Shown in pieces: positions 24,668 through 36,944 of a DNA stretch of 64,000 nt (position 1 is its first letter; the number at the start of each line of letters is the position of its first letter). The translations under genes and the position numbers were made by a program. A model generated the notes under the pieces. That model did no database searches. It had not been told where the DNA came from and saw only the letters and a list, made by a program, of their open reading frames with translations. The DNA is from Paraspadella gotoi (taxonomy: Eukaryota > Animalia > Chaetognatha): positions 578,019-642,018 of the forward strand of contig CM119263.1 in the NCBI GenBank assembly GCA_051294375.1. The letters run 5' to 3'.

Positions 24668-24815
24668 TGGACGGACAGACGGACGGATGAACGGACGGAC
24701 GGACGGACGGACGGATGAACGGACGGACGGACGGACGTACGGACGGATGAACGGCTCGAAAACACTTCCGGGGAAGTTTACTTCGACCATTAGGAATATT
24801 GCTGCACGACTTTTT
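24668..24815 (-). mobile_element. Possible HINE/DINE-like fragment: (GTCC)n tract plus stem-loop
   Basis: (ggac)n array at 24668-24750 next to the hairpin acttcc-gg-ggaagt at ~24764-24777. Confidence 0.3.
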
Positions 24816-24861
24816 CTTTTTTATTCTTTCCATAAACATTTCCTACCTTTCATTTTTTTCC

Positions 24862-24895
<34 letters not shown>

Positions 24896-24896
24896 C

Positions 24897-24951
<55 letters not shown>

Positions 24952-25998
24952 ATTTTATCTTCCCTTTCTTTTCTCATTTTCCCATCATTCCATCTTCCCA
25001 TCCATTATAAATATTTTCCCGTTTTCATTGCGTTTCCGACGGAGCTTTTTTTTCTTCTTTTTTTCTTTCTTTTTTATTTCATTCTCAACTTTCCCCTTTG
25101 TTGCTTCGAAACTTTCAATCCATCACCTACTGAGGGATGGCGCTTCCGCCCACTCTACTTTCCTTTTCTTTCCTTCTTTTTCTTTCCTTCCTTTTCCTTC
25201 ATTCCTTTTCTTTTCTTCCTTTTATTTCCTTCATTCCTTTTCTTTCCTTCTTTTTATTTCCTTCCGTTTCTTTTCTTCCTTTTTCTTTATTTTCTTTCCT
25301 TCCTTTTCTTTTCTTCCTTTTTCTTTCCTTCCTTTTTCTTTCCTTCCTTTTCTTTCCTTCCTTTTTCCTTTTACTCTCTTTTTCTTGGAATACCTCACCC
25401 GGTTCTTCCTTACCCTCTTTTCCACTTTTTTCGTCTCAGCATTTTAATTTTTCTCATATCTTTTTTTTCTTCAATTATTGGTTCTATTTTTTCTCCCTCT
25501 CCTTTCCTCCCCCTTTTCCTCCCTTTCCTCCCTCTATCCTCCTTTCTTTCTTAACTGCCTTTCCTCCCTCCCTCTCTCCTCTTCCTCCCTTTCCTCCCTC
25601 TATCCTCCTTTCTTTCCTCCCTGCCTTTCCTCCCTCCCTCTCTCCTCTTCCTCCCTTTCCTCCCTACCTTTCCTCCCACCCTCTCTCCTCTTCCTCCCTT
25701 TCCTCCCTCCCCCTTTAACTCTCCTCTCCAATCAATCACCTGCAAAGGAATGGGTTCTAATCTCGTGGGGACAGAAAACTTTGCTCGGTAGTAGTAATCC
25801 TTGACGATTTGCTCGGGCGGTCCCCCCACGGAGCCGAGAAAATCAACGCAGAACTATATAAATAAAAAAAAACGACAAAAAAACTATTATGGATTACAGT
25901 AGTATATTGTTATTAGCATTGATTAAATTTGTGAAGCTTTATTTTAAAACCTGAATATTTTAACAATCTCCTTTCCTCAATCTTTCATTCTCTCTTCT

Positions 25999-26037
<39 letters not shown>

Positions 26038-26214
26038 ATCTGTCTTCCCTTCTGTCTCCCTCTCTATTTACTTTTCATCTTCGACTGAATCTTCAGTCGC
26101 GAAACTCAGAGACGCAGTCAACCAAGGAGAACACGTGACTCTCGCGCGTGGAAACGAAAGCCCGGAGTCTCCCGATGACTTTCCTAACATCCACACTCAG
26201 TGAATGGCGATTTG

Positions 26215-26475
26215 TGGTAACTGCCATCTTTATAAGAGTGGCACTCTCTTTGCGATAAGTCTCAAGTCTAGTGACTCTTAATATAATTATCCGAGTACCA
26301 CTATGTTTAAATTAAGGAAAAAAACTGCCATCTTTATCCATGTGGCACTTACCCTTTCAATAAGGCGGCAACTGCCATCTCTAGATTAGTGGCACCTACC
26401 TTATAATAAGGCGGCAACTGCCATCGCGAAACGAGTGGCATTTACCTTATAATAAGGTGGCAATTGCCATCTTTC
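26215..26475. repeat. ~46-bp palindrome-rich tandem repeat overlapping an exon end and splice donor
   Basis: (c/t)tgccatc at 26221, 26325, 26372, 26418 and 26464. Unit: ggcaactgccatc-N9-gtggca-N4-ccttataataagg. Confidence 0.85.
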
Positions 26476-26571
26476 TGCGATAAACTCCTCGATCGACTTG
26501 CCACCTTCTTGGGCTGTGAATTCACGACAAGTCGGCCACTCGTACTCATCCTCCTCCTCCTCCTCCTCATC
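26446..26571 (-). CDS. Gene A internal exon
   Basis: cttcag|GAT...AAG|gtaaat; 126 nt, phase 0-0, DEEEEEEDEYEWPTCREFTAQEGGKSIEEFIAERWQLPPYYK. Confidence 0.8.
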
Positions 26572-27206
26572 CTGAAGACATGAATTAAATTAAAAATAAT
26601 ATTAATATTAATAATAATAATAATAAAAAATAATAATCGTTTAAAATCCTTCGGTTGAGGTGAAGTTTTTCAAAGCTTTTCGTTATCACATCCGTTTTTC
26701 TCCAGCGGCGAAGATGGAATCAGTGAAATTCACAGACAAAAAAGATCGCCATTCACGGGTCACGTCACGACTCACGACTCTGGACCCGATCGAGCATCGG
26801 AAACAAAAAAGTTGACCTGCGAATCTTTTCCGTCTTCTGAAAACTCGTAGTCGCCGGCGGAAGAAGCGCGAGAGAGCGGACCCGGCTGGGGACAGGGAAT
26901 TCGGGTTCATTGGATTCATTTAATCAATTCGGGTTAATTGGATTCATTTTAATCAATCATTTAGAGAGAATACAGTAATCAATCAAGCATTAGCTAAATA
27001 AAACTGAATGTCTAAGACATGCTAAAGAATAAACTATCCAATGATTAGAATTCAAAAGCTCGATTTTTAAGTATTTTTAATTATTTTTAATTATTTAATT
27101 AATTTTAATTATCTCGTTTTCTTCACGAAATTTCTCGTAATTTCAAATTCTTCAACCTTTCCTCTCATTTTCTCCACAATGAATTCATTATTCTCCCATT
27201 TTTTTT

Positions 27207-27278
<72 letters not shown>

Positions 27279-27386
27279 TTTTTTCCTCTTAGCAAATTTT
27301 TTTTTCGGACTCAATTTACGTCATAATTTCGTCGTAATTCTTATCAAATCCTTTTTATCCGCGAGATTGGGAGGAGGGAGAGGCGT

Positions 27387-27425
<39 letters not shown>

Positions 27426-27812
27426 GGGTAAGGCTGGGGATCTGAGGGATGATAAGGCCTCTCCAAAAGTAGGGAAAAGGAAAAGAGGGCGCCGAGGAAA
27501 AGAAAGATGGGGGCGGAAGATAATTTTATTCGGCCTCATCAGAAGGAAGGAGAAGAATAAATCGACCTGGTTCACTCTTATCGCTTTCCTCTTTTCTTTT
27601 TTAAGCATCTAATTTGGAAAATAGGGCGTGGCCACAGGATTCGCCACGAGAGGCGCTCGGTCCTGCCCTCTGGCGGAATAAGAGAGATTCGGTGCGCGGA
27701 CGAGAAGGGCGTGGTCGTCGTCGTCGTTTCCGTTTTTCTAGTCATCGTCATTTTTATCGTCTACTTTATTGATTAATCAATACAACTTGTCAGCTTCCTC
27801 GTTAGTCTTTAC

Positions 27813-27922
27813 ATTTATATACATAATTCTTGTCACTTATATACATAATTCTTGTCATTTATATACATAATTCTAGTCATTTATATACATAATTCTTGTC
27901 ATTTATATACATAATTCTTGTC
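27813..27922. repeat. 22-bp tandem repeat x5
   Basis: atttatatacataattcttgtc units. Confidence 0.9.
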
Positions 27923-27973
27923 TTCACTGCGGCTTTTAATGTCATCGTTGTCATCTCGGTAGAGGATTTCATT

Positions 27974-28018
<45 letters not shown>

Positions 28019-28298
28019 TCATCATCTCCGCGCAATCTCGTCGTCCGAGTCATTCGTTTCTAAATGCGTCTCCATATCCGTCGATTTCTCCGCCTCTCAT
28101 TCCATCCGAGCGCCCCGATTGGTTGAGCTCAAATTCGACGCTTGATTGGCTAATCGATTCGACGCGTTGATTGGATGACAGATTCCTCGCTCGATTGGAT
28201 CGTTTACGCGGCGTAAATAGCAATCGAGGTTGCGCGGCGATAAGGCGTGCGATTTTTACCTGACAAGCGGTACGACGGTGCGTCGAAAGAAGATTTAA

Positions 28299-28372
28299 GG
28301 CCAGGCGGAGGCCAACCGGAGGCCAACAGGAGGCCAACCGGAGGCCAACCGGAGGCCAACCGGAGGCCAACC
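28299..28372. repeat. 11-bp tandem repeat (ggaggccaacc) x~6
   Basis: Directly visible. Confidence 0.9.
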
Positions 28373-29632
28373 TGTTAGTATATTTCTTGTCGAGCATCCA
28401 CGGATCCACTTTGGCCAAGTCCAAGGAATTATTGAGTCCTACTGACCGTCAGATTTGGGGACTTAAATGTCGGAAAACAACTTTGAATTTCTTTGATCTC
28501 GTATCCTAAGCAACTCACACAGCTATCACTATGTCACCCACACCTCGAGATCTGAGGCGAGGGTAATGACATCTAATGGGTGAGGATTAGTCATTCGGAT
28601 CCCGCGTCTTTTATCAACGCCCGAAATCGTCCAAAAGCCATGAGACGTGATTTCCGAATGAATCACGCAACGCCGATTGAGCGCTGCAATTGCCATCCGA
28701 TCTCGCACGAATCAAATGAGCACCGTTATTTTGTCCGGCGCGGCAGTCTCCGATTTAGCGCTTTCATCGTAATTAGCGCCGGAAGTCGATTATAAAGGGG
28801 CGCTGCACTTTTTATGGAGCCCCCTTGTGGCATATTGATGCGTTGTGTTATTGACCACAGTTTTGGTAAAGAGTCTCGATTGAGCTCTATTATCGTAATT
28901 GGAGCCGTATTCCGATTATTAACTTGAAGACGTGCTGCGCGTTTAATTGAAATCTAGTAAATGAGCAGTTTGGGCAAACAGTTGCATTGCTGTGGACTCG
29001 CTGCACAACCCTTTTCCTCAGTCAACCCGCGCTGCTCTTTCCCCTCTGAATTATGTAGTCAACAAATTCTCGCCAAGAGAAAAAAAAATCTAGCGTCGCT
29101 TTTCCCGCGGAACCTCGGTTTTTTTCTTTCTCGCTTTTTTTTTCTAGGAAGAAGGCAAGATGATTGATTTTTTTTTAGGGGAGTCAGCGTGTCAGCTTGT
29201 CAGCTTATCACTCTGTCACAGAGTCGAATACTTATTAGGCGAAATCGGAAAAAAATATGTTCGAAAAACTAAATAATTTTTTTTTATTTTGACCAAATTA
29301 TGTTGTTAATTGGAATGGTTTCGGGACATCAAAAATATCTTATAATTTTATGAAATTAGGATGTAATAAACGTCCAGTATTTTGCTACAAGATGCCAGCA
29401 AAAAATTTTAAAAATATTCATCCAACAAGAACTGGTAAGCATTGCTTTGGTGTCACTCGCGAAAGGTCGCTGGATATCAAATGAACTTAAGAAAATGAGA
29501 ATCATTGGACAACCGAGTTATTAAACAAATAACTGAATGAAAAAAAAAATGTATAAACGATAAATAAATGAAAAGAAATGAGCAAAAGAAATAAGTAAAT
29601 AAAGAATCGAAACAAAGCAAGAAAATCCCTAC

Positions 29633-29750
29633 CGGGGATCCAGTTGGCGTCTCCAACAGATTCTCTTCTTCTTCTTTCCTCTCATCTTCACCCATCACGT
29701 TTTGCACCATCGCAGCCGCTTCCTCTTCCGTCAGCTCGCCCATCAGCATT
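29633..29750 (-). CDS. Gene A internal exon
   Basis: ccacag|A ATG CTG...CCG|gtaggg; phase 2-0, MLMGELTEEEAAAMVQNVMGEDERKEEEENLLETPTGSP. Phases match both neighbouring exons. Confidence 0.8.
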
Positions 29751-30301
29751 CTGTGGGTTGCAATTACATCAGGGTCTTTTCTTTTCTTCTCTTTTCTTTT
29801 CTTTTATTTTTGAAACTTTAATTTTCTTTTCCTTTTATTTTCTTTTCTTTTCTTTTTCCTCCCCTACTCTTTTCTCTTTCCTCCCTTTACTTTTCTTTTT
29901 TCTCTATCTTCTCAGATCTTCAACTTTTCTTTTTCTTTTTAATTTTTTTTTCAGTTTCTCCTCGTTATCTCTTCGACCTCATTAATTTTCATCGAGATGA
30001 TAAGTCGGTCCAATCTTTTTTATTCTTTACTAACAACATTTTCACGTCTCCACTTTTTGATTTCCTTTTTGATTTTCTTTTTTCTTTACTTTTTTCTTTC
30101 CTTTATTTCTCTCTTTTTTTCTTTCATTTTTCATTCCTTTTTTCTTTCATTTTTTTTCGTTTTTTTTTTCTTTTTTCTTGTTAACTTTTCCGTCACGATT
30201 TTTTGTTTTCCTGACAGAGTTTCGTCACCATCATCTTACCTTTTAAATTAACTTACCCGACCTTTCTCCTCCGATCTTCCTGGTTTCCACCTCTCACTTA
30301 C

Positions 30302-30530
30302 GCCCCCCCCCCCGCGATCCCATTCCCTCTAAACCTGAGTATCTTGTTAGCCATATCGTCGTCCTCCAAGCCGTAGGGATCCTTGTACCACTCGGGATGC
30401 TGCAACTTCCTCTTGGCCAACATGTCCTCGTAGGGGACGGGGTCTTGACGCACGGGGGCGAGGCAGGAGCAGGGGTGGAAGGCGTGTCCGCGACCGCACT
30501 CCTCGGAGCAGCATATCACCTTTGCTGCGG
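30302..30530 (-). CDS. Gene A internal exon with Cys/His cluster
   Basis: acgcag|...GC|gtaagt (phase-2 end, matching the next exon). Reads KVICCSEECGRGHAFHPCSCLAPVRQDPVPYEDMLAKRKLQHPEWYKDPYGLEDDDMANKILRFRGNGIAGGG. High GC3. Exact acceptor is ambiguous (30530 or 30524). Confidence 0.8.
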
Positions 30531-31510
30531 CTGCGTGGGTGGGTTAGGTGGGTTTCGGTTGGGTGGGGTAAGATGAGAAAGAGAGAGGCAGACAGACAGA
30601 CAGACTGAGAGAGTCTGGCTAATATTATCAGATTAGTTAGAAAAATGAAATTTACAACAAAAAAATTTGGATTCAAAATTAGAAGCAAAGAAAATTTTGT
30701 TTTCTTCAAAAAAAAGAGAAGAAAAAAAAGCTGAGAATTTCTCACGCTACCGAACCATAAAAAGGAAAATAAGGGGAAAAAAAGGAAAAAAAGAGAAAAA
30801 AGGAAGAAAAAAAGGAAATAATAAGTTATGAGAGAAGGATGAGATAAATAGAAGGAAAAGTGGAAGGGAAGAGAAAAGAGAAGAAAAACGGGCACTATTT
30901 TCCGAAAGCGTCTTCATTTTCTGAACGTTATTTTAATATTATGTTTAATTTTTTTTTAAATTTAAAACTCAATCTTTAACCCTAGCCTAATCCCTAACCT
31001 TATCCATAGCCTAATCCCTAATCTTATCCCCAAACCCTAAACCTTAATAATTAACTCTCGTCCTTAATAATAATTCCTTATCCCTGATTTTTAAACCTCA
31101 AGTTGAAACGAGTCGGTTTATGAAAATATGGTCGAAAAACGTTTGGATTTAGCCCATTGATTGATTGTGGAAACGAAAATGGTGGTAGACCAGCGTGGAG
31201 TACGCAATGTCTGCAGATGGAAAGGGAATCATCATTTCATGAGGGCATATCACAAGGGCATATCACAATGACATATCATGAGGGTAAGTGACTGGTAAGC
31301 AGGTAAGTGTTCAACATGACCCAGAATAAAAGCGAAGCGTAGTTGTTATGAGTATGATGACGAGTAAGCAATTTGCTTTGGGTAGGAATGAATGAATGAA
31401 TGAATCAATGAATAAATAAATGAATGAATGAATGAATAAGTATAAAGGAGAAGAACTAAAAAGTAGAAACGTAATGGAAATAAAAAAGAAAGGGAGAAAA
31501 AGAGAGAGAG

Positions 31511-31545
<35 letters not shown>

Positions 31546-32159
31546 AAGCGGAAAAAAGAAAATAGAAAAAAGAAATTAGTTCAGTTTTAAAAAAAGAAAA
31601 AGAAAAAAGATTCAATTTTGGCTTCGACTTTCGAAGTAAAAGTTAAAAGTTTAAAAGTCGAAATTTGTTTTTACGAGTCATTACTGATGGAAATTTGCGA
31701 GGTTAAGAATTAAAGGGAAAGAGAGAGAAACTCAGAAAAAGAGAAAGGAAAGAAAAACGAGAAAAATGATAACAATTTTTATAGAAAAAAGAAAGAAAAA
31801 AAAAGGAAAAGGAAAAGGAAAAGGAAAAGGAAAAAGAAAAGAAAGAAAAGAAAATAGAAAGGTGATTTTCCTCCATTTCCCTCTATTCGCTACTCTCAAA
31901 ACGCGCCCTTCATTAATTTATCGATTCCTTCGTCCAGAGACGACTACTGCAGTCGTGGAAAATGTGTCCGCCCGACTACGACGACGACTACGACGACGAC
32001 GACGGCCTCTTTCTAAGTCCCCTCAGTTCTCACAACTACAAACTCTTCTTTGGACATTAATTTTTCACTGTCATTCCTGATAGACTCTCCTGTGCAATGT
32101 GCCCTTCTATTCTTCATCACTCTTATATTCTGTCGCTTCCATTTCACAGTTCCCTTTTC

Positions 32160-32300
32160 TATCATTTCTAATCCACCCTTTGTCATTACTGGTCGATTAC
32201 CATCATTTCTAATCCACCCTTTGTCATCACAGGTCGATTGCCATCATTTCTAATCTACCCTTTGTCATCACAGGTCGATTGCCATCATTTCTAATCCAAC
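32160..32300. repeat. ~41-bp tandem repeat x3.5
   Basis: catcatttctaatccaccctttgtcatcacaggtcgattgc units. Confidence 0.85.
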
Positions 32301-32587
32301 CTCCAGATATCATCAATTACTTTCCTTTTCTGATCAAAACCGTCAGCGAAAGTGCCACAGCCCGTCCTACCCCTCCTCATCCTCCTCTCCATCTTTCTCC
32401 TCCTCCTCCTCCTCTTCCTCTTTCCCCTCCTCTCCCTCGTTCTCCTCCTCCTCCTCCTCTCCCTCTTTCTCCTCCTCCTCCTCCTTCTCCCTCTCCTCCT
32501 CTACTTCTTCCTCCCTTCCCTTCCTCCTTCCTCAATTCCATTCCCACTCGCTTATTGAATTAACTCCCCGCTCTCTCTCCCACTCCA

Positions 32588-32651
<64 letters not shown>

Positions 32652-33147
32652 TCTCTCTCTTTCTCCCCCCCACGTCACAACCAGAAACACTTTTAACGCC
32701 CAAGACTTTCCGAGTTTCTCTTGAGTGAAAACGAGAAAATGACGCCGTCTACAATGGAAACCACACATTCGCTCACACTCTCAAATCACACTGTGCAATG
32801 TGCATAGTACAAACAAATATCCTACACGGATTTCGAAAATAGCCCTATATTAAATTGCTACAACCGATATAAAAATTATCCGTTCATTTGATAAATGAGC
32901 TTGACTTTGAACAGGCTCTTACGAGATAATAAAATTGCAGGAACCCTTAAACATTCAATCTCGCCCAGTTTAGTTTATTAACTCCCAATTAATGGTATAA
33001 TGTATGTATAAACTGTTTCAATTGTTTTAATAGATGTTTCTTTCCAACGTTCAGCTTAAAACATTCAGATCATTCGAAACTCCATATTATGAAATGCGTT
33101 TCTTCTTCATCGTTGAACTCGAAGTCACTCACCCGGAATTTTCTTTC

Positions 33148-33307
33148 CTCAACCACTCAACCACTCAACTACTCAATTACTCAACCACTCAACCACTCAA
33201 CTACTAAACCACTCAACAATTGACCCACTCAACCACTCACCCACTCAACCATTGACCCACTCAACCACTCACCCACTCAACCATTGACCCACTCAACCAC
33301 TCACCCA
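33148..33307. repeat. 8-bp satellite (accactca)n with higher-order variants
   Basis: Directly visible. Confidence 0.85.
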
Positions 33308-34074
33308 CGCTCGTCCTATATTTTATTTCCTAGTCTCAGTTATGGTCATTGTAGAAAAGTTAGACCTCGTTCTCTTAAGTTAAGTTAAGTTAAGTTAAGT
33401 TAAGTTAGGTTAAGTTTACAAGGAACGGAAGACGCTGCAAACGCATGTTTTCATTCGTGTGAAGAGAAAATATCTTCACAGTCATCTTGTCTCTTGTCCC
33501 ATTTAATCGAGTCTGTCATAGTAATAATTATATAACAATTATAATTCAAATTTGTTTGTAATAATAATATTAAAATAAGAGAGTGCTCCTTCTATACTAC
33601 AATTGAAACATTCTTTAAAATATTATACCACTTCATTGATAAGAGAGCTTGGTACTCTGGGAGTGAATATACGAGACTGTGATTAATAATTTTTACATTG
33701 GTTCTAGCTATTTTATACAGGGCTGTTTTTTAACTCTTGTCGGTACTATGTTCTTGTGTATACATACACAGTTAAGGGCAAGATATCTTATTTATTAAAT
33801 GAATAGATAATTTAATATTGGATGTACCATTTTCATAATAAAATTTAGAAACAAATATACATGAAACGTTGATATCATTTTTATAAAAAAAACTATTAAT
33901 GGTGCTGCGTATTTTTTTTATTCTTTCTTTTTCATCTTAACTTTATTTTTGTTTGAATATTGAGTCATAAATGGCGCGTGAAATGAAAAAGAGAAACTGG
34001 GCACTCGAACGGAGATAATGAGAGGGAGAGGGTGGGGCAGAGAGGGAGAGAGGGAGGGAGAGAGAGGGAGAGAA

Positions 34075-35582
34075 ATGAGAGACCCTGAGACCCGAGAGCT
34101 GACTTGGAGAAACTCTGAGAAGAAACACGACCACCGACCGAGGGGACCGGCGAAGCGACAGACCGAACCGACCGAGCGACAGACCGACCGAGATTCGATC
34201 CTCGTCTTTCTCTTTTCAGTCCAAATAGACCCTGAAGTTCTATCTCTTCTTTTTTTTTTTGGGGGGGGCGGAGACTGGGGTGAAGGGTGAAGGAGATGAG
34301 CAAAAGGGGAGAGACGTCGACGAGACTAGGTAGATATATCAGATCGTCGTAGAAAGTGTAGACTTGTTCTTCCTCCTCTTTACAGTTGCGAGCCCCGAGT
34401 TCTCAACAGAGCACTCTCTAAGTCACTTTTCGGTCTGTCGGTCCGTCGGTCGGTTGTTCGTACTCCGTATCGGTATGTCTGTTGATTCAACTTGCATATA
34501 GCTTGTTGCTACGTTTTCGCAGTTCTGTTAAATCAATCTAAGCGACCTACTGGCGCTGCCTTTTTCGCGTTTTCTAAAGAATTCTTATAAAGCTTATACA
34601 GATAGAAGTACACCATGATAGGTAAAAAGAAAAGTAACATGGCGGCGCAACACTTGGATAACGTTCCTTGTTTTGCTCGTCTCTCTCTTTCTTTTTCTCT
34701 GCATCTCTCTCTCTCTCCGTCTAACAACTCTCTCTTCCGTCCGTTTTTTCTTTCTTTTTCATTGGCCGTGCTCTCTCTCTCCATTTTTCTTTCTTTTCTC
34801 TCTCTCTGCTTCTCTCTCTTTCTCTTCCATCTTTTTCTTTCTTACCTCTGCTGCTCTGCTCATTACCTTGACATATTCTCTTTTTTTTTTCTTTTTCCTG
34901 CTCTCTCTTCTTCCTCTCCCTCTCTTTTTTTTCTCTTTTTTATTCTCTCTCTTACCCTCTCCCTCTCTCTCTCTCTCTTTCCGCCTCTATTTCTCTCCTC
35001 TNNNNNNNNNNNNNNNNNNNNNNNNNTATCATGTTATTTATTCTTTATAGTTTATAAGATTTCTTTAAAAACGAAAGGCAGCGCCAGTAGTCGCTTAGAT
35101 TTGATTTTTAACAAATGAGCAACAAGCTATAGGCAAATTATAACAGACATACCGACGGACCGACCGACCGTCGGACCGACAGACCGAAAAGTGACTTAGA
35201 GAGTTGCTCTGCGAGAACTCGGGGCGCAACTGAAAAGAGGAGGAAGACGTTACAACTTTCGGCATCGGATTTATCACCGTCTCCGCGCGTCTCTCCCCTT
35301 TGCTCTCTCCTCACCCTTCCCCNNNNNNNNNNNNNNNNNNNNNNNNNNNNNNNNNNNNNNNNNNNNNNNNNNNNNACCCCAGTCTCCGCCCCCCCCAAAA
35401 AAAAAAAGAAGAGATAGAACTTCAGGGTCTATTTGGACTGAAAAGAGAAAGACGAGGATCGAATCTCGGTCGGTCTGTCGCTCGGTCGGTTCGGTCTGTC
35501 GCTTCGCCGGTCCCCTCGGTCGGTGGTCGTGTTTCTTCTCAGAGTTTCTCCAAGTCAGCTCTCGGGTCTCAGGGTCTCTCAT
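34075..35582. repeat. Inverted repeat (arms ~34075-34615 and ~35030-35582) around a CT-rich spacer and gap
   Basis: 35396-35582 is essentially the exact reverse complement of 34075-34280, giving identical ORFs on opposite strands. The inner parts match with many indels and include the HINE-like element. Confidence 0.9.
34380..34610 (+). mobile_element. HINE/DINE-like dispersed repeat copy (inverted copy at 35035-35237)
   Basis: agttgcgagccccgagttctc...actctctaagtcacttttcggtctgtcggtccgtcgg...aatctaagcgac...gcgctgcc, homologous to 8110-8337. Confidence 0.55.
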
Positions 35583-36124
35583 CGGTCGGTCTGTCGCTCG
35601 CTCGGTCTGTCGACTTCACTGTAGACGAATTTCCGTCTTATTTTACGTTTTTTAGTTTTTTTTTCTTTTCTTTTTTTTTTTTTTTTTCGGTTGTGACTTT
35701 TTTTAGTTTCGTTATTTATTAGTTTTCTTGAAAAAGTTAAGGTAAAGTCGAGGTTAAAGTCCGCAATTCTTCAAATTCCATTTTCTTTTCTTTCTTTCGT
35801 TTTTTTTTTCCTTTTTGTTATTTTGTTCTTTATATCCTTTCTTTTCTTTCTCTTTCCTTTTTATTTTTTATCCTCTTTTTTACGCCATCTTGTTTTGTAT
35901 TTTTTACGCTTTTCTACTTTTACTTTCTTTTCATTCTCTTCATATTTTATTTTCGCTTCCTTTCTCCAACCCCGTCCCTTCTCTTCCTTCCCTCNNNNNN
36001 NNNNNNNNNNNNNNNNNNNNNNNNNNNNNNNNNNNNNNNNNNNNNNNNNNNNNNNNNNNNNNNNNNNNNNNNNNNNNNNNNNNNNNNNNNNNNNNNNNNN
36101 NNNNNNNNNNNNNNNNNNNNNNAG

Positions 36125-36857
36125 CATCTCCTCACTCTCCCCATCACCTCCAATTCCTCCTCTCTTCGCTTTCCCATCACTTCTTCCCCTCTCCACCCTT
36201 CCGTCCTCACTCGTCCTCCCCTTCTCCTTCCCCTCCTCATCGCCTTCCATCCGCTCCTCCCCTTCCCTCCCGTCTCGATCCAACCTCTCCCGCCATTCCC
36301 TCGCCTCTCTCCCTCTCATCTATCCCTCCCCCACATTCGCAGTCCCTCTCACCCCCTCACCCGCCACTGGATTTCTCATCTTGCAATGCCCCTCCACGCT
36401 CTGTCCCGCCTCATCTCCCGGCTTTCCTCCGCAATTCTCCCTCATTATCCTCATCTCTCTCCTTCCTTCCTCGCTTTCTTCTTCCACTTCGGTTTCGTTT
36501 CTCCTCCGATTCGCTTCTTCCTCTTCCTTTCTTCCTTCTACATCTTCCTCGCTTTGAGGGGCGGCGGTCTTCAAATCTTTCTCTTCGTCCACCATCAGGG
36601 ACTCTAAAAGTGAGAAAAAAACAATACAAAATCTTAGTTTCTCACCTCTCTTCTGCTCTCTCTCTTTCTTCGATCTCATCGTCCACCCGTCATACTCCTC
36701 TCTGCTCTCGATCCCAATCTCGTCTCCATCTCTCACCTCCTCTCTCAAGCTACTCTCGGTCTCCACCTCGCTATCATCTGCTCTCTCTTCCTTCTTCTTC
36801 TCATCTTCCTCCTTTGAGGCGGCGTCTTCATCTTTCTCTTCGTCCACCTCAGGGACT
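36125..36857 (-). CDS. Glu/Arg-rich candidate exons generated by tandem intron+exon duplication
   Basis: Two copies of ctcact(t)ttag|agtccctga(t)ggtggacgaagagaaagat about 255 bp apart, separated by a ~43-nt gtgagaaact...ttttag intron. Reads VDEEKDEDAASKEEDEKKKEERADDSEVETESS and VDEEKDLKTAAPQSEEDVEG. Indel-noisy. Confidence 0.45.
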
Positions 36858-36887
36858 CTAAAGTGAGAAAAACAATACATCTTAGTT

Positions 36888-36944
<57 letters not shown>

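Noticed and set aside
23200-25830. Long F/S/L-rich ORFs (440, 251, 193 aa and others)
   Set aside because: They are products of pyrimidine tracts and N gaps that lack stop codons.
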